64,000 bases of DNA, taken from contig JBKBRF010000007.1 in assembly GCA_046292385.1 (NCBI GenBank), positions 123,247 to 187,246 on the forward strand, written 5' to 3'. Position 1 is the stretch's first letter. The number at the start of each line of letters is the position of its first letter. Of the stretch, positions 40,518-49,360 are shown in pieces. Under the pieces are notes generated by a model. That model was given only the letters and a program-made list of their open reading frames with translations, did not search any database and was not told the DNA's origin. The DNA comes from Armatimonadota bacterium (GTDB lineage Bacteria > Armatimonadota > SYMT01). The translations under genes were made by a program, and so were the position numbers.

Positions 40518-41290
40518 GCGAGCCGCGCGTGCTGCTGCAGGCGACCGACCTGGCGGTCGCGTACGGAAAACGGACCGCCCTGCGCGGCGTGACGCTGCCG
40601 GTCCGGGAAGGGGTGGTTACCGCCCTGATCGGCCCTTCCGGCTGCGGGAAGACCAGCTTCCTGAGCTGCGTCAACCGGCTCACCGACCTGGTCCCCGGCT
40701 GCCGGGTCTCCGGTAGCTTGCGGCTCGCGGGGGTAGAGCTGCTCGACCCCGGCCTCGACCTCCCCTCGCTGCGGCGGCGAGTCGGGATGATCTTCCAGCG
40801 CCCGAACCCGTTCCCGCTCTCGATCCGCCAGAACCTGCTGCTCCCGCTGCGGGAGCACCGCCTCGGCACGCCGGCGGAGTGCGAGGCGCTGGCGGAGCGG
40901 GCGCTGCGGGACGTCGGCCTCTGGGAGGAGGTGAAGGACCGCCTCGACGCCCCCGCCCTTTCCCTCTCCGGCGGGCAGCAGCAGCGCCTCTGCTTCGCTC
41001 GCGCGCTCACCCTGCGGCCGGAGGTACTGCTCCTGGACGAGCCGTGCAGCGCCCTTGATCCGCTGGCGACCGGCGTGGTGGAGGAGCTGATCCTGCGGCT
41101 CCGCGGCGAGTACACGGTGGTGATCGTTACCCACAACCTGGCGCAGGCCCGCCGCCTGGCGGATGACGCGGCGCTCTTCTGGCTCCGGGACGGCGCCGGC
41201 TGCCTGGTGGAGCACGGCCCCGCCGCCCAGCTCTTCGAAGCGCCGCGCCAGCCGGAGACGGCGGACTACGTCCGGGGAGTGCGAGGGTAG
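40514..41290 (+). CDS. pstB: Phosphate ABC transporter ATP-binding protein
   Basis: GPSGCGKT, FQRPNPFP, LSGGQQQRLC, LLDEPCSALDP. Confidence 0.93.
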   Translation: MSEPRVLLQATDLAVAYGKRTALRGVTLPVREGVVTALIGPSGCGKTSFLSCVNRLTDLVPGCRVSGSLRLAGVELLDPGLDLPSLRRRVGMIFQRPNPFPLSIRQNLLLPLREHRLGTPAECEALAERALRDVGLWEEVKDRLDAPALSLSGGQQQRLCFARALTLRPEVLLLDEPCSALDPLATGVVEELILRLRGEYTVVIVTHNLAQARRLADDAALFWLRDGAGCLVEHGPAAQLFEAPRQPETADYVRGVRG

Positions 41291-41339
41291 AGGAACCCCG
41301 TCACGCGGCAGCCAACGTACGGCCCGGAGGTGACTGCGG

Positions 41340-42347
41340 ATGGAGTACGTCAACCTGGGCCGCGCGGGCGTGAAGGTTTCCCGGCTCTGCCTCGGCACGA
41401 TGATGTTCGGCGGTCCGACCGACGCGGCGGAGAGCGCGCGCATCCTCGGCCGCGCGCTGGATGCCGGAATCAACTTCGTCGACACGGCGAACATGTACAA
41501 CGCGGGCGAGTCGGAGGTGGTGACCGGCCGCGCCATTGCGAGCCGCCGGGCGGAGGTGGTGCTCGCCACGAAGGCCCGCAACCCGATGGGAACGGGGCCG
41601 AACGACCAGGGGCTCTCCCGCCTGCACCTGATCCGCGCGTGCGAGGAGAGCCTGCGCCGGCTCGGGACCGACTACGTCGACCTCTACTACCTCCACGCGC
41701 CGGACTACGGCACGCCGCTGGAAGAGTCGCTGGAGGCGATGGAGAAGCTGGTCCGGGACGGCAAGGTGCTCTATCCCGCCTGCAGCAACTACTACGCCTA
41801 CCAGGTGGCGCAGATGCTCGGCATTCAGGAGCGGCGCGGCTTCACCCGCCTCGCCTGCGTCCAGCCGCTCTACAACCTGGTGAACCGGGAGATCGAGGTC
41901 GAGCTGCTCCCCTGCTGCCGCGACGAAGGCCTGGGGGTGGTGGTCTACTCGCCGCTCGCGCGGGGCGTCCTCACCGGCAAGTACCTCCCCGGGCAGCCGC
42001 CGCCGGAAGGCAGCCGCGCCGCCCGCGGCGACCGCCGCATTCACCAGACGGAGCTGCGCGAAGAGAGCTTCGAGATTGCCCAGCAGCTCCGCCCGCTCGC
42101 GGAGCGGCACGGGGTCCCGCTCTCGCAGCTCGCCCTCGCGTGGACCCTCGCCAACCCGCTCGTCACCAGCGCCATCGTCGGGCCCCGCACCCTGGAGCAG
42201 CTCGAGGACGGCCTCGCCGCCCTCGAGGTGAAGCTGACCGCGGAAGACGAGCAGGCCGTCAACGAGCTGGTCCCGCCGGGCTGGAAGACGGGCCGCGGCT
42301 ACACCGATCCGAACTATCCGGTGCAGGGCCGGCCCGCGCTCCGCTGA
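41340..42347 (+). CDS. Aldo/keto reductase
   Basis: LCLGTMMFG, DTANMY, LGTDYVDLY, YSPLARG. Confidence 0.95.
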   Translation: MEYVNLGRAGVKVSRLCLGTMMFGGPTDAAESARILGRALDAGINFVDTANMYNAGESEVVTGRAIASRRAEVVLATKARNPMGTGPNDQGLSRLHLIRACEESLRRLGTDYVDLYYLHAPDYGTPLEESLEAMEKLVRDGKVLYPACSNYYAYQVAQMLGIQERRGFTRLACVQPLYNLVNREIEVELLPCCRDEGLGVVVYSPLARGVLTGKYLPGQPPPEGSRAARGDRRIHQTELREESFEIAQQLRPLAERHGVPLSQLALAWTLANPLVTSAIVGPRTLEQLEDGLAALEVKLTAEDEQAVNELVPPGWKTGRGYTDPNYPVQGRPALR

Positions 42348-42359
42348 CGGAGGGGCCGG

Positions 42360-43664
42360 TCACATGAAGTTCGGCGTGTGCATCTCGCTCATCTTGCGGG
42401 CGAGATCGACCGGAACCCCGGCCTGCGTGAGGCGCTGCACGCGGTTGTCGGCCATGCGCTGGTAGAGGGCGCGGACTTTCTCCACGCCGGCCGACATCTG
42501 CGCCGGGCTGGCGCCGCCGCCGCCGAGCACGGCGAGCGCCTCCATCACGAACGGGGTCGCTCCGGTGGTGGCGGAGATGGCGTCCGCCCGGGCCTCCACC
42601 GCCTCCATCAGGCGGCCGAGGTAGTCCGGGTGCCGCTCCAGCTGGTACTTCAGGTGCGCCACGCCGTAGGCGACGTGCCGCGCCTCGTCCTGCCGCGCGC
42701 GCTGAACCACGTCCCGCGTTACCGGATCCGGGGCGTGCTGCTCGCAGTAGCGGAGCAGGTCGAGGAAGGTGCCTTCGCCGAGGACGTGCAGCAGGAAGCT
42801 GGAGTTGAAGTAGTCTTCCTGGATCAGCAGGCTGAAGAGCGACCACTCCGTGGCGGCCGACGCGTACTGCAGACCGCCGCCGTTGGCGAGGGCGCGCTTG
42901 GTGAACGCCTCGATGTGGCGGGCCTCGTCGTTCACGACGGTGGCGAGGAAGAGCACCACCTCCGTGAACTGCGGGTTGATCTGCGGCATGAACTTGCTGG
43001 GGATGTAGAGGGCGGAGTACTCGTTCTCCGCCAGGAACGTCATGATCTGGCAGACCGCCCTCTCCACGTCCTCATCCAGCTTCGGCAGCTCCCCCCACGC
43101 GATCGAGGTGGAGGCGTCCCACTGCGCCGCCTTCGCCTGCTCGTAGAGATCGGCGATGTTGTCCGCCCAGACGTCGTCCTTGCGGTTGAGGGCGAAGCCG
43201 TAGTCCGGCATTCCCGGCTCCGCCACCGCCCCGCGCGGGACGAAGCCGAAGTAGGTGGGCGCCTCCTCCGGCACCTCGCCGACCCGCCCGACGAACCAGT
43301 CGCGGATATCGACGCGCCGTCCGTCGCGCCTCGGCAGCTCCACACCCCAGTCCGGCTCGCCCCAGGCGCTGGTACCGGGACCTTTGCGGACGAGGTACTT
43401 GATCCGGTCGCCGCCGTCCAGCGCCGTCAGGAACTGGTTCTTCGTCATGCGGCACCAGGCGGGGAGGTCCTGGCGCACGCTGATCTCCGTGCTGTCGACC
43501 TCCAGCACCTGCCCCTGTTCGAGCTGGTTCATCGCCCGGCGGATGACGAGCAGCAGGCCGGTGCCGCAGTCGAGGTCGCCGCCGTCGACCACCAGGTTGG
43601 GAGTCACCCCGATCACGGAGAACTCGTCGGCCGGTAGGGAGTTAGGGTCTTCGCGTGGGGACAT
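42360..43664 (-). CDS. TusA-like domain fused to ferritin-like diiron domain
   Basis: DGGDLDCGTG...DLPAWCR N-terminus; ENE, DEARH, EG, DEARH carboxylate-diiron pattern. Confidence 0.85.
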   Translation of the reverse strand: MSPREDPNSLPADEFSVIGVTPNLVVDGGDLDCGTGLLLVIRRAMNQLEQGQVLEVDSTEISVRQDLPAWCRMTKNQFLTALDGGDRIKYLVRKGPGTSAWGEPDWGVELPRRDGRRVDIRDWFVGRVGEVPEEAPTYFGFVPRGAVAEPGMPDYGFALNRKDDVWADNIADLYEQAKAAQWDASTSIAWGELPKLDEDVERAVCQIMTFLAENEYSALYIPSKFMPQINPQFTEVVLFLATVVNDEARHIEAFTKRALANGGGLQYASAATEWSLFSLLIQEDYFNSSFLLHVLGEGTFLDLLRYCEQHAPDPVTRDVVQRARQDEARHVAYGVAHLKYQLERHPDYLGRLMEAVEARADAISATTGATPFVMEALAVLGGGGASPAQMSAGVEKVRALYQRMADNRVQRLTQAGVPVDLARKMSEMHTPNFM

Positions 43665-43724
43665 CGGGTACTGCTTTCGGTTGGGGGCTGCGGGGGCGGT
43701 GAGTGGACGGTCTTGCGGGAGGAG

Positions 43725-43879
43725 GCGTATTGCGTATCGAGTATTGCGTAGCGGAGCGCTGGTCCCGCTTTACCTGACGTCGTGCCGCGCGAAGAGCTCC
43801 AATTCACGCTTCGCCCGGCACGACGTAGCGGTCGAGCGGTAGAGGCATCTCGCTACGCAATACTCGATACGGAATACGC
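43725..43879. mobile_element. MITE-like hairpin element (gene-less copy of the 17673 family)
   Basis: 29-bp inverted repeat with 1 mismatch plus inner ACGTCGTGCCG/CGGCACGACGT stem. Confidence 0.78.
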
Positions 43880-43880
43880 G

Positions 43881-44243
43881 CTAGTAACTCAGGCTCGCCG
43901 CTCCCGAAGTCAGGAACTCCACCGCTTTCGCGCCGCCGACGATCACCGCGCCGTCGACGAGCTTCTCTTCGTCCAGGCCGCGCTTCTTGAAGCAGGGGGA
44001 GCAGACGTAGATCGTGCCGCCGAACTCGGCGAAGTCGGCCATCAGCTCCTTCAGCGGCTTGAAGCCCTCCTCGTGGACGTCGTCCGCGTAGCCCTGCTCG
44101 GAGAGACGCACACCCTCCGTGCTGAGGAAGACGACCGTCTCGACATCCGAGGCGACGGCGGCGTTGGCGACCACGAAGGCGACGGTCGCCTTGTCGGTGT
44201 TGTCTTTCGCGTAAGAGAGGGAGATCAGCAGCTTTCCGGCCAT
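43881..44243 (-). CDS. DsrE family protein
   Basis: VFLSTEGVRL, IYVCSPCFKKRG. Confidence 0.88.
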   Translation of the reverse strand: MAGKLLISLSYAKDNTDKATVAFVVANAAVASDVETVVFLSTEGVRLSEQGYADDVHEEGFKPLKELMADFAEFGGTIYVCSPCFKKRGLDEEKLVDGAVIVGGAKAVEFLTSGAASLSY

Positions 44244-44264
44244 GAGGGTCCTTTCTTCCGTAAC

Positions 44265-44810
44265 TCAATCCTGCTTGCGGCGAATGAAGTAGCTCTCGTC
44301 CTCGGTGGGGCCGGCCAGGAGCGTGTGGCCGGTAAGCCGGCACCAGCTCGGGATGTCGGCCTCCGCGCCGGCGTCCCGGGCGACCAGCTCCAGCACCTCG
44401 CCGGGATCGAGCTTCCGGATCGAGCGCATCAGGAGCACCATCAGGTCGCCGCAGCCCGCCTCTTCCGCGTCGACGCGGAGCGCCGGGGTGGGAAGCTCTT
44501 CCGCCGGGGAGAACAGCTCCGGCCGGAGCCACTCCGGCGGGCTATTCGAGTGCTCCAGGCGGCTGGGGCAGCAGGGAGACTGGCCGTCCCGGTCGCAGAT
44601 CTTCGCCTTCCGCCAGTCCCGGCGGTAGCAGTCCCGGCGGATCAGGTAGTTGCCGACCAGCTCGCACAACTGCTCCGGGGTGGAGCCCAGGCCCTCCCCG
44701 AGGCACCGGAGGCAGCGGCAGGCCCCCTTGCCGGCGAGCACCCGGCTGATGACCTCCTGACGCCCGCAGATCGGCTCAGCACACCGGTCACAACGCCGTT
44801 CCTCTGCCAC
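44265..44810 (-). CDS. Cys-rich N-terminal domain plus TusA-like domain
   Basis: CxxC...C...CxCxxC...C...C...C...CC then VDAEEAGCGDL...DIPSWCRLTGH. Confidence 0.8.
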   Translation of the reverse strand: MAEERRCDRCAEPICGRQEVISRVLAGKGACRCLRCLGEGLGSTPEQLCELVGNYLIRRDCYRRDWRKAKICDRDGQSPCCPSRLEHSNSPPEWLRPELFSPAEELPTPALRVDAEEAGCGDLMVLLMRSIRKLDPGEVLELVARDAGAEADIPSWCRLTGHTLLAGPTEDESYFIRRKQD

Positions 44811-45144
44811 TGCTACCGCCCACCCATCCGGCCGTTCGCTTTCATCCTATCCTTCGTTCCCGAGAACGGTAGCACTGCTCCTTCACTGCGGCGCATCGAA
44901 AGTTCCTATGGAGCGGCCGGCTGCCATTGAAACACCTTCTGGTGCAACTCCCTAAATCGAAAACACCCCCGTGCTCCGCCCGCAGGCATCAGAAAACGCG
45001 ATGCGCCATATCGAGGACTCTGCGGTCGCTGAGTCCAACCAGCACCGGAGGGCTGCCCTGGCCGCCTGTCAACCTGGCGCTGCCCGGTGCGGCGCTCCAG
45101 TCATCATCAGTGAGCCGTCTTCCGTTGGGACGCGGCGGGAGTGT

Positions 45145-46266
45145 ATGGAATTGAGAAACGGATTGTCGATCGGGCGGGTCGTCACCGCCTCACTGGCCGT
45201 GGCGGCGCTCTGCGGGCCGGCGCGGCACGCGCACGCCCAGGGGTGAGTGGTCAATCGCCAAACCGCGCCCGTGCTTGGCGCGGCTGACCTGGGACCGTAT
45301 CTTGAAAAGGGAGAGTGGCAGCTCGGTGCCACTTACCGCACCTTCCGCGCGGACAAGCAGTACACCGGGACGCGCCTCAACCCGCTGGTGACGGCACTCA
45401 AGACCAACGTCATCAGCGAGCTCGACATGCTCGACCTGGGGGTGACCCACGCCTTCAGCCGGCAGTTGAACGTCACCCTGGGCATTCCGATCGTCCTCTA
45501 CGCCAGCTCCTCCCGGGGGCTGCCGTCTACGGTCGCCGGCAGTCCGCGCTTCGTTCACAGCGCGGAGGGGCTCGGCGACATGACGCTGGTCGGGCGCTAC
45601 TGGCTGCTCGACTGCGACAAGCACCAGCACGGCAACGTCTCGCTCGGGTTGGGCGTGAAGTTCCCGACCGGCAACTCGAACGTGCGCGACCGGTTCCCGG
45701 ATGCCACGGGCGCCAACGAGCGGCTGCGGCCGGTCGACCAGTCGATCCAGCTCGGCGACGGCGGCTGGGGGGTCATCTTCGACCTCCAGGCGTTCAAGCA
45801 GGTGGGGAGCGCCACCGTGTTCCTCCAGGGCACGTACCTGGCGAACCCCCGGGGCGAGAACGACACGCTTTCCCCGCCGGCGTTCCTGAGTCCGGCAGGC
45901 CGGAAGGCCGTGCCGCGCTCGCTGCGGTTCAACACGGTGCCGGACCAGTACCTCGGACGCGTGGGCATCACTCACCCGGTGCCGGGCGTGCGGGGACTCA
46001 ACGCGCTGATCGCCGGGCGCATCGAAGGCTCGCCGCGGAACGACCTCTTCGGCGACACCGTCGGCTTCCGCCGGCCGGGCTACGGCATCGCCATCGAGCC
46101 GGGCCTGATCTACACCCTGCCGAACAACCAGACCACGCTCTCTCTGAGCGTGCCGGTGACGCTGCAGGTGAACCGGCAGGCGGTAGCCGGCGTGCCGGGC
46201 GACGCCACCTTCGCGGACTATTCCATCTTCGCGTCGGTGACGCACCGCTTCGGCGGCAAGAAGTAG
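45145..46266 (+). CDS. Putative selenoprotein: outer-membrane beta-barrel (SphA/phenol-MetA transporter-like), 373 aa with UGA at codon 34
   Basis: GGGAG RBS, signal peptide ending AHA, then QG-TGA-VVNRQ in frame with a 339-codon barrel ORF (GLGDMTL, GLGVKFPTG, QLGDGGWG); hairpin just downstream of the TGA. Confidence 0.8.
45249..45289 (+). promoter_or_regulatory. Bacterial SECIS-like hairpin
   Basis: GGTCA/TGACC lower stem; CCGCGCC-CGTGCTT-GGCGCGG upper stem; loop starts 23 nt after the UGA with G at loop position 2. Confidence 0.7.
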
Positions 46267-46292
46267 GGCCAGGTGGCGGACCGGGCTCTACG

Positions 46293-46327
46293 ACGGCCTC
46301 TCCCAAAACTGGGAGAGGCCGTGTTTT
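46293..46327 (+). terminator. Rho-independent terminator
   Basis: ACGGCCTCTCCCA-AAAC-TGGGAGAGGCCGT then GTTTT. Confidence 0.8.
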
Positions 46328-46421
46328 CTAAGGAGGTCCCCCGGCGCGGGTCCGGAATGGTAAAGTGTGAGGTTTCAGAGCTGCGGCCGGATCAACCCGG
46401 CGAGAGGCTGGAGCGCGAACG

Positions 46422-46742
46422 ATGCTGCGAGCACTCCTCATGCTCCCCAACTGGGCGGCCCGGCCGGTGACAGCGCTCTCCGTGCTCGCCAGCGCCGGCA
46501 CCGTCTACTGGTGCTCGATCCTGGCGACCGACTACGCGCGGGAGCTTCACCCGTGGTGCGGTACGGGCGCGGACCGGATCGCCGGTCTGCTCGGCGGGGT
46601 GGTGCCGGCGAGCTTCCTGGTGCCGGCGGTCGGCTGGCTGCTCTGCCGGGGCAACCCGCGGCTCCGCCGGATAGCCCGCTGCGCCACACTCGCGTCGATC
46701 GCGGCGTGGGCGACGGTGCTCACGTGCATCCGCTGGGCCTGA
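46422..46742 (+). CDS. Small membrane protein
   Basis: Three hydrophobic segments. Confidence 0.5.
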   Translation: MLRALLMLPNWAARPVTALSVLASAGTVYWCSILATDYARELHPWCGTGADRIAGLLGGVVPASFLVPAVGWLLCRGNPRLRRIARCATLASIAAWATVLTCIRWA

Positions 46743-46755
46743 CGGCCGGGGCGGG

Positions 46756-47604
46756 TTACTTGCGCCCGCGATTGCCGGAGCGCTGGGCCGGCTTGTCGAA
46801 GAGCAGCACGTACTCGTGCTTGAAGATGTAGAAGCCGCCGCGGAGGGCGCGGTACCGCCAGAGGTTGCCGGTGCGGCCCTTGCCCACCTCGTTGCCCTCG
46901 ATGTTCTTCACCACGATGGAGCGGGTGCGGAATCCGGCCTCGTTCATCACTCGCATGCACTCGAAGCCGAGCGGGATCAGCTCGCCCGCGGAGTACTTGT
47001 CCCCGATCACCACCACCGCGAAGCGGCCGGGGCGGAGCAGGTTGTAGGCGCGGTCCGCCACCCGGCGGAAGCCGTCCAGGAACCCCTCGGTGCCGTCCGC
47101 GTTGGAGAGGTCCTCTTCGCGGTCGCTGAAGCGGATGATGTCGTGGTACGGCGGGTGGAGCACCGCGAGATCGACGTGCTCCCGCTCCCAGCCGTGCAGC
47201 ACTTCCCGGACCCGCACCTCCGTCTCCGGGCTGCCGCTGTCGCCGCAGAGCACGGCGGCGCGGCTGCCGTCGTCGCCCAGCTTCGCGCGGACGTGCTCCG
47301 CCAGCTCCGGCTTCAGCTCCACCCCGATGCAGCGCCGCCCCAGACGGAGCGCCTCCACCGCGCTGGTGCCGGAGCCGAGGAAGAGATCGAGCACCACGTC
47401 GTCCTCCCGCGTGAAGCGGGTGAACGCCTGGGTGGCGATCTGCGGCACGAAGTTGCCGTGGTACTCCAGCGCGTGCCCGTTCCCACGCGCGCGGGAAGGG
47501 ATGAGCCAGAGCGAGTCGGTCCAGACGTCGTCCAGCTCCTTCCAGCGGGTGAGGTCGAGGTCGTTGTAGGGAACGGTGGGGGCGAGCGGCTTACGGGGTT
47601 TCAC
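46756..47604 (-). CDS. DNA methyltransferase (N4/N6 type), orphan
   Basis: YHGNFVPQI, VLDLFLGSGT (motif I), HPPY (motif IV), HEYVLLF. Confidence 0.85.
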   Translation of the reverse strand: MKPRKPLAPTVPYNDLDLTRWKELDDVWTDSLWLIPSRARGNGHALEYHGNFVPQIATQAFTRFTREDDVVLDLFLGSGTSAVEALRLGRRCIGVELKPELAEHVRAKLGDDGSRAAVLCGDSGSPETEVRVREVLHGWEREHVDLAVLHPPYHDIIRFSDREEDLSNADGTEGFLDGFRRVADRAYNLLRPGRFAVVVIGDKYSAGELIPLGFECMRVMNEAGFRTRSIVVKNIEGNEVGKGRTGNLWRYRALRGGFYIFKHEYVLLFDKPAQRSGNRGRK

Positions 47605-47611
47605 GATTGTA

Positions 47612-47696
47612 GGGATGAGGGCGGAAGGATGAGGGATGATGGCGAGCCCTCCGGGTCCGAGCGCTCTTACCCCTACCCGTAATCTTACTCCGACTC
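47612..47696. repeat. Short-period repeat element (7-mer GGATGAG run, then 6-mer pyrimidine-rich run)
   Basis: Same layout as 2431-2510. Confidence 0.55.
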
Positions 47697-47793
47697 GAAG
47701 ACACTTCAGGACCGCGTCTGTTCCCGGCGAGAGATGGCCGCTCCGGTTGAGGGTCTTTCATCTCTCTTCTTCCATCTCCAGCCTTGTGTCAGG

Positions 47794-47822
47794 TTGACGC
47801 GGGACCAATCCTGGGCTAACAT
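47794..47822 (+). promoter_or_regulatory. Sigma70-type promoter of the arg operon
   Basis: TTGACG-17 nt-TAACAT. Confidence 0.7.
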
Positions 47823-47831
47823 TTCCGTGCT

Positions 47832-47927
47832 ATGCAGCCTGTGGTGCGGACAATCGGGTCTCGGCCGGAAGAGCGTCGTCGCCGTCGTACGTACGATCAC
47901 GCGTCCGTTCGGCCGGTGCTACCGTAG
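47832..47927 (+). CDS. Putative arg operon leader peptide (31 aa, five consecutive Arg)
   Basis: MQPVVRTIGSRPEERRRRRTYDHASVRPVLP; CGT CGT CGC CGT CGT at 47874-47888. Confidence 0.8.
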   Translation: MQPVVRTIGSRPEERRRRRTYDHASVRPVLP

Positions 47928-47955
47928 CATTCCCCCAGCAGGTTCGGTTTTCGGC

Positions 47956-47988
47956 AAGACGGAGCAGGTGCTCCGTCTTTTTTGTTTT
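47956..47988 (+). terminator. Attenuator terminator upstream of argD
   Basis: AAGACGGAGC-AGGT-GCTCCGTCTT followed by TTTTGTTTT. Confidence 0.88.
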
Positions 47989-48028
47989 CCGGTAACGGCA
48001 GCGGTGCCGTTTCGGAAGGAGAGCGTCC

Positions 48029-49231
48029 ATGAGCAGCGTCAGCGACTGGTCCCACGAGCAGGTCCTCCAGGCCTATGGCGACTACGTGCAGCACACGTAC
48101 GGCCGCACGCCGATCGTCTTCGTGCGCGGCGAAGGCGCTCGCCTGTGGGACGCGCGGGGCAACGAGTATCTCGACTGGGTCTCCGGCGGGCGCGCCGGCA
48201 GCGCGCTGGGGCACTGCCACCCGGATGTGACCGCCGCGCTGGAGCAGCAGCTCCGCACCCTCACCTACGTCTCCAACGACTTCCACCACCCGTGGGGCGC
48301 GCGGCTGGGGCAGCTCCTGGCGGAGCGGTCCGGCGGCCGGAAGTCGTTTTTCTGCAACTCCGGCGCGGAGGCGTCCGAGACGGCGCTGAAGCTGGCGCGG
48401 AAGTGGGGCAAGGGGAAGCGCGGCGGGGAGTGCGTGGAGGTGATCACGTTCCAGCGGTCGTTCCACGGCCGCACCTACGGCGCGCTCTCCGCTACCGCGC
48501 AGACGAAGTTCCACCAGGGCTTCGAGCCGATCGTCCCCGGCTTCACCTACCTGCCGTGGGAAGACCTGGGCGCGTTGGAAGCGGCGGTCGGACCGCAGAC
48601 CTGCGCCGTGTTCCTGGAGCCGGTACAGGGAGAGAGCGGCACCTATCCCGCCAGCACGGGGTTCATGCAGGGGATCGAGAAGCTCTGCCGGGAGCGGGAG
48701 GTGCTGTTCATGGTCGATGAGGTGCAGACCGGCTTCGGCCGCACCGGCCGGTTCTGGGCGTACGAGCACTTCGGAGTCGATCCGGACGTCGTGACGGCCG
48801 CCAAGGCGGTCGGCGGCGGCCTCGCGCTCGGCGCCTGCCTGGCAAAGCCGGAGGCATGCGCGCTGGTGCCGGGCGATCACGGCTGCACCTTCGGCGGCAA
48901 CCCGCTCGCCACGGCGGCCGGCACCGCGGCAATCGAGGCGCTCGACCGCCACGGCTACGTGGAGAACGCCGCCGCCCAGGGCGAGTACCTGCTGGGCCGG
49001 CTCCGGGAGCTGGGACGCGAGCACCCGCAGGTCAAGGAAGCGCGCGGCCTGGGGCTGATGCTGGCGCTGGAATTCCAGCCGGGCCAGGGGAAAGGCGTCC
49101 TCGGCCGCTGCCTGGAGGCCGGGCTGGTGGTCCACGGCGTCGGCGACGACATCCTGCGGATCCTGCCGCCGGTCATCCTGACTCGAGAAGAGGCAGACGC
49201 GGGGCTTGGTATTCTGGAGAAAGCTCTTTAA
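48029..49231 (+). CDS. argD: Acetylornithine aminotransferase
   Basis: FCNSGAEA, SFHGRT, DEVQTGFGRTG, AK, HGCTFGGNPL; operon context. Confidence 0.93.
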   Translation: MSSVSDWSHEQVLQAYGDYVQHTYGRTPIVFVRGEGARLWDARGNEYLDWVSGGRAGSALGHCHPDVTAALEQQLRTLTYVSNDFHHPWGARLGQLLAERSGGRKSFFCNSGAEASETALKLARKWGKGKRGGECVEVITFQRSFHGRTYGALSATAQTKFHQGFEPIVPGFTYLPWEDLGALEAAVGPQTCAVFLEPVQGESGTYPASTGFMQGIEKLCREREVLFMVDEVQTGFGRTGRFWAYEHFGVDPDVVTAAKAVGGGLALGACLAKPEACALVPGDHGCTFGGNPLATAAGTAAIEALDRHGYVENAAAQGEYLLGRLRELGREHPQVKEARGLGLMLALEFQPGQGKGVLGRCLEAGLVVHGVGDDILRILPPVILTREEADAGLGILEKAL

Positions 49232-49280
49232 GGCCGGAGTGCGATACACGCGACTCAACACGAGTAGGATCTGCCTCTCA

Positions 49281-49332
49281 CGCGGCCTCACCCCCGGCCC
49301 CTCTCCTGAGAGGGGCCGGGGGTGAGGCCGCG
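49281..49332. repeat. REP-like perfect palindrome
   Basis: CGCGGCCTCACCCCCGGCCCCTCTC-CT-GAGAGGGGCCGGGGGTGAGGCCGCG, 25-bp arms. Confidence 0.85.
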
Positions 49333-49360
49333 GGGAGAGCGACGAGTACGGAGATTTTGC

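Noticed and set aside
45244..45246. TGA read as a nonsense mutation (pseudogene) or as the stop of a separate 33-aa gene
   Set aside because: Both sides are intact and complementary (signal peptide plus barrel), and a SECIS-like hairpin sits at the expected distance. Not fully excluded without seeing sel genes.
46756..47604. Restriction-modification system
   Set aside because: No adjacent endonuclease gene; treated as an orphan methyltransferase
47794..48028. T-box riboswitch or ARG box
   Set aside because: No AAGGTGGxACC T-box motif or AT-rich ARG-box dyad recognised; the leader-peptide model explains the stems
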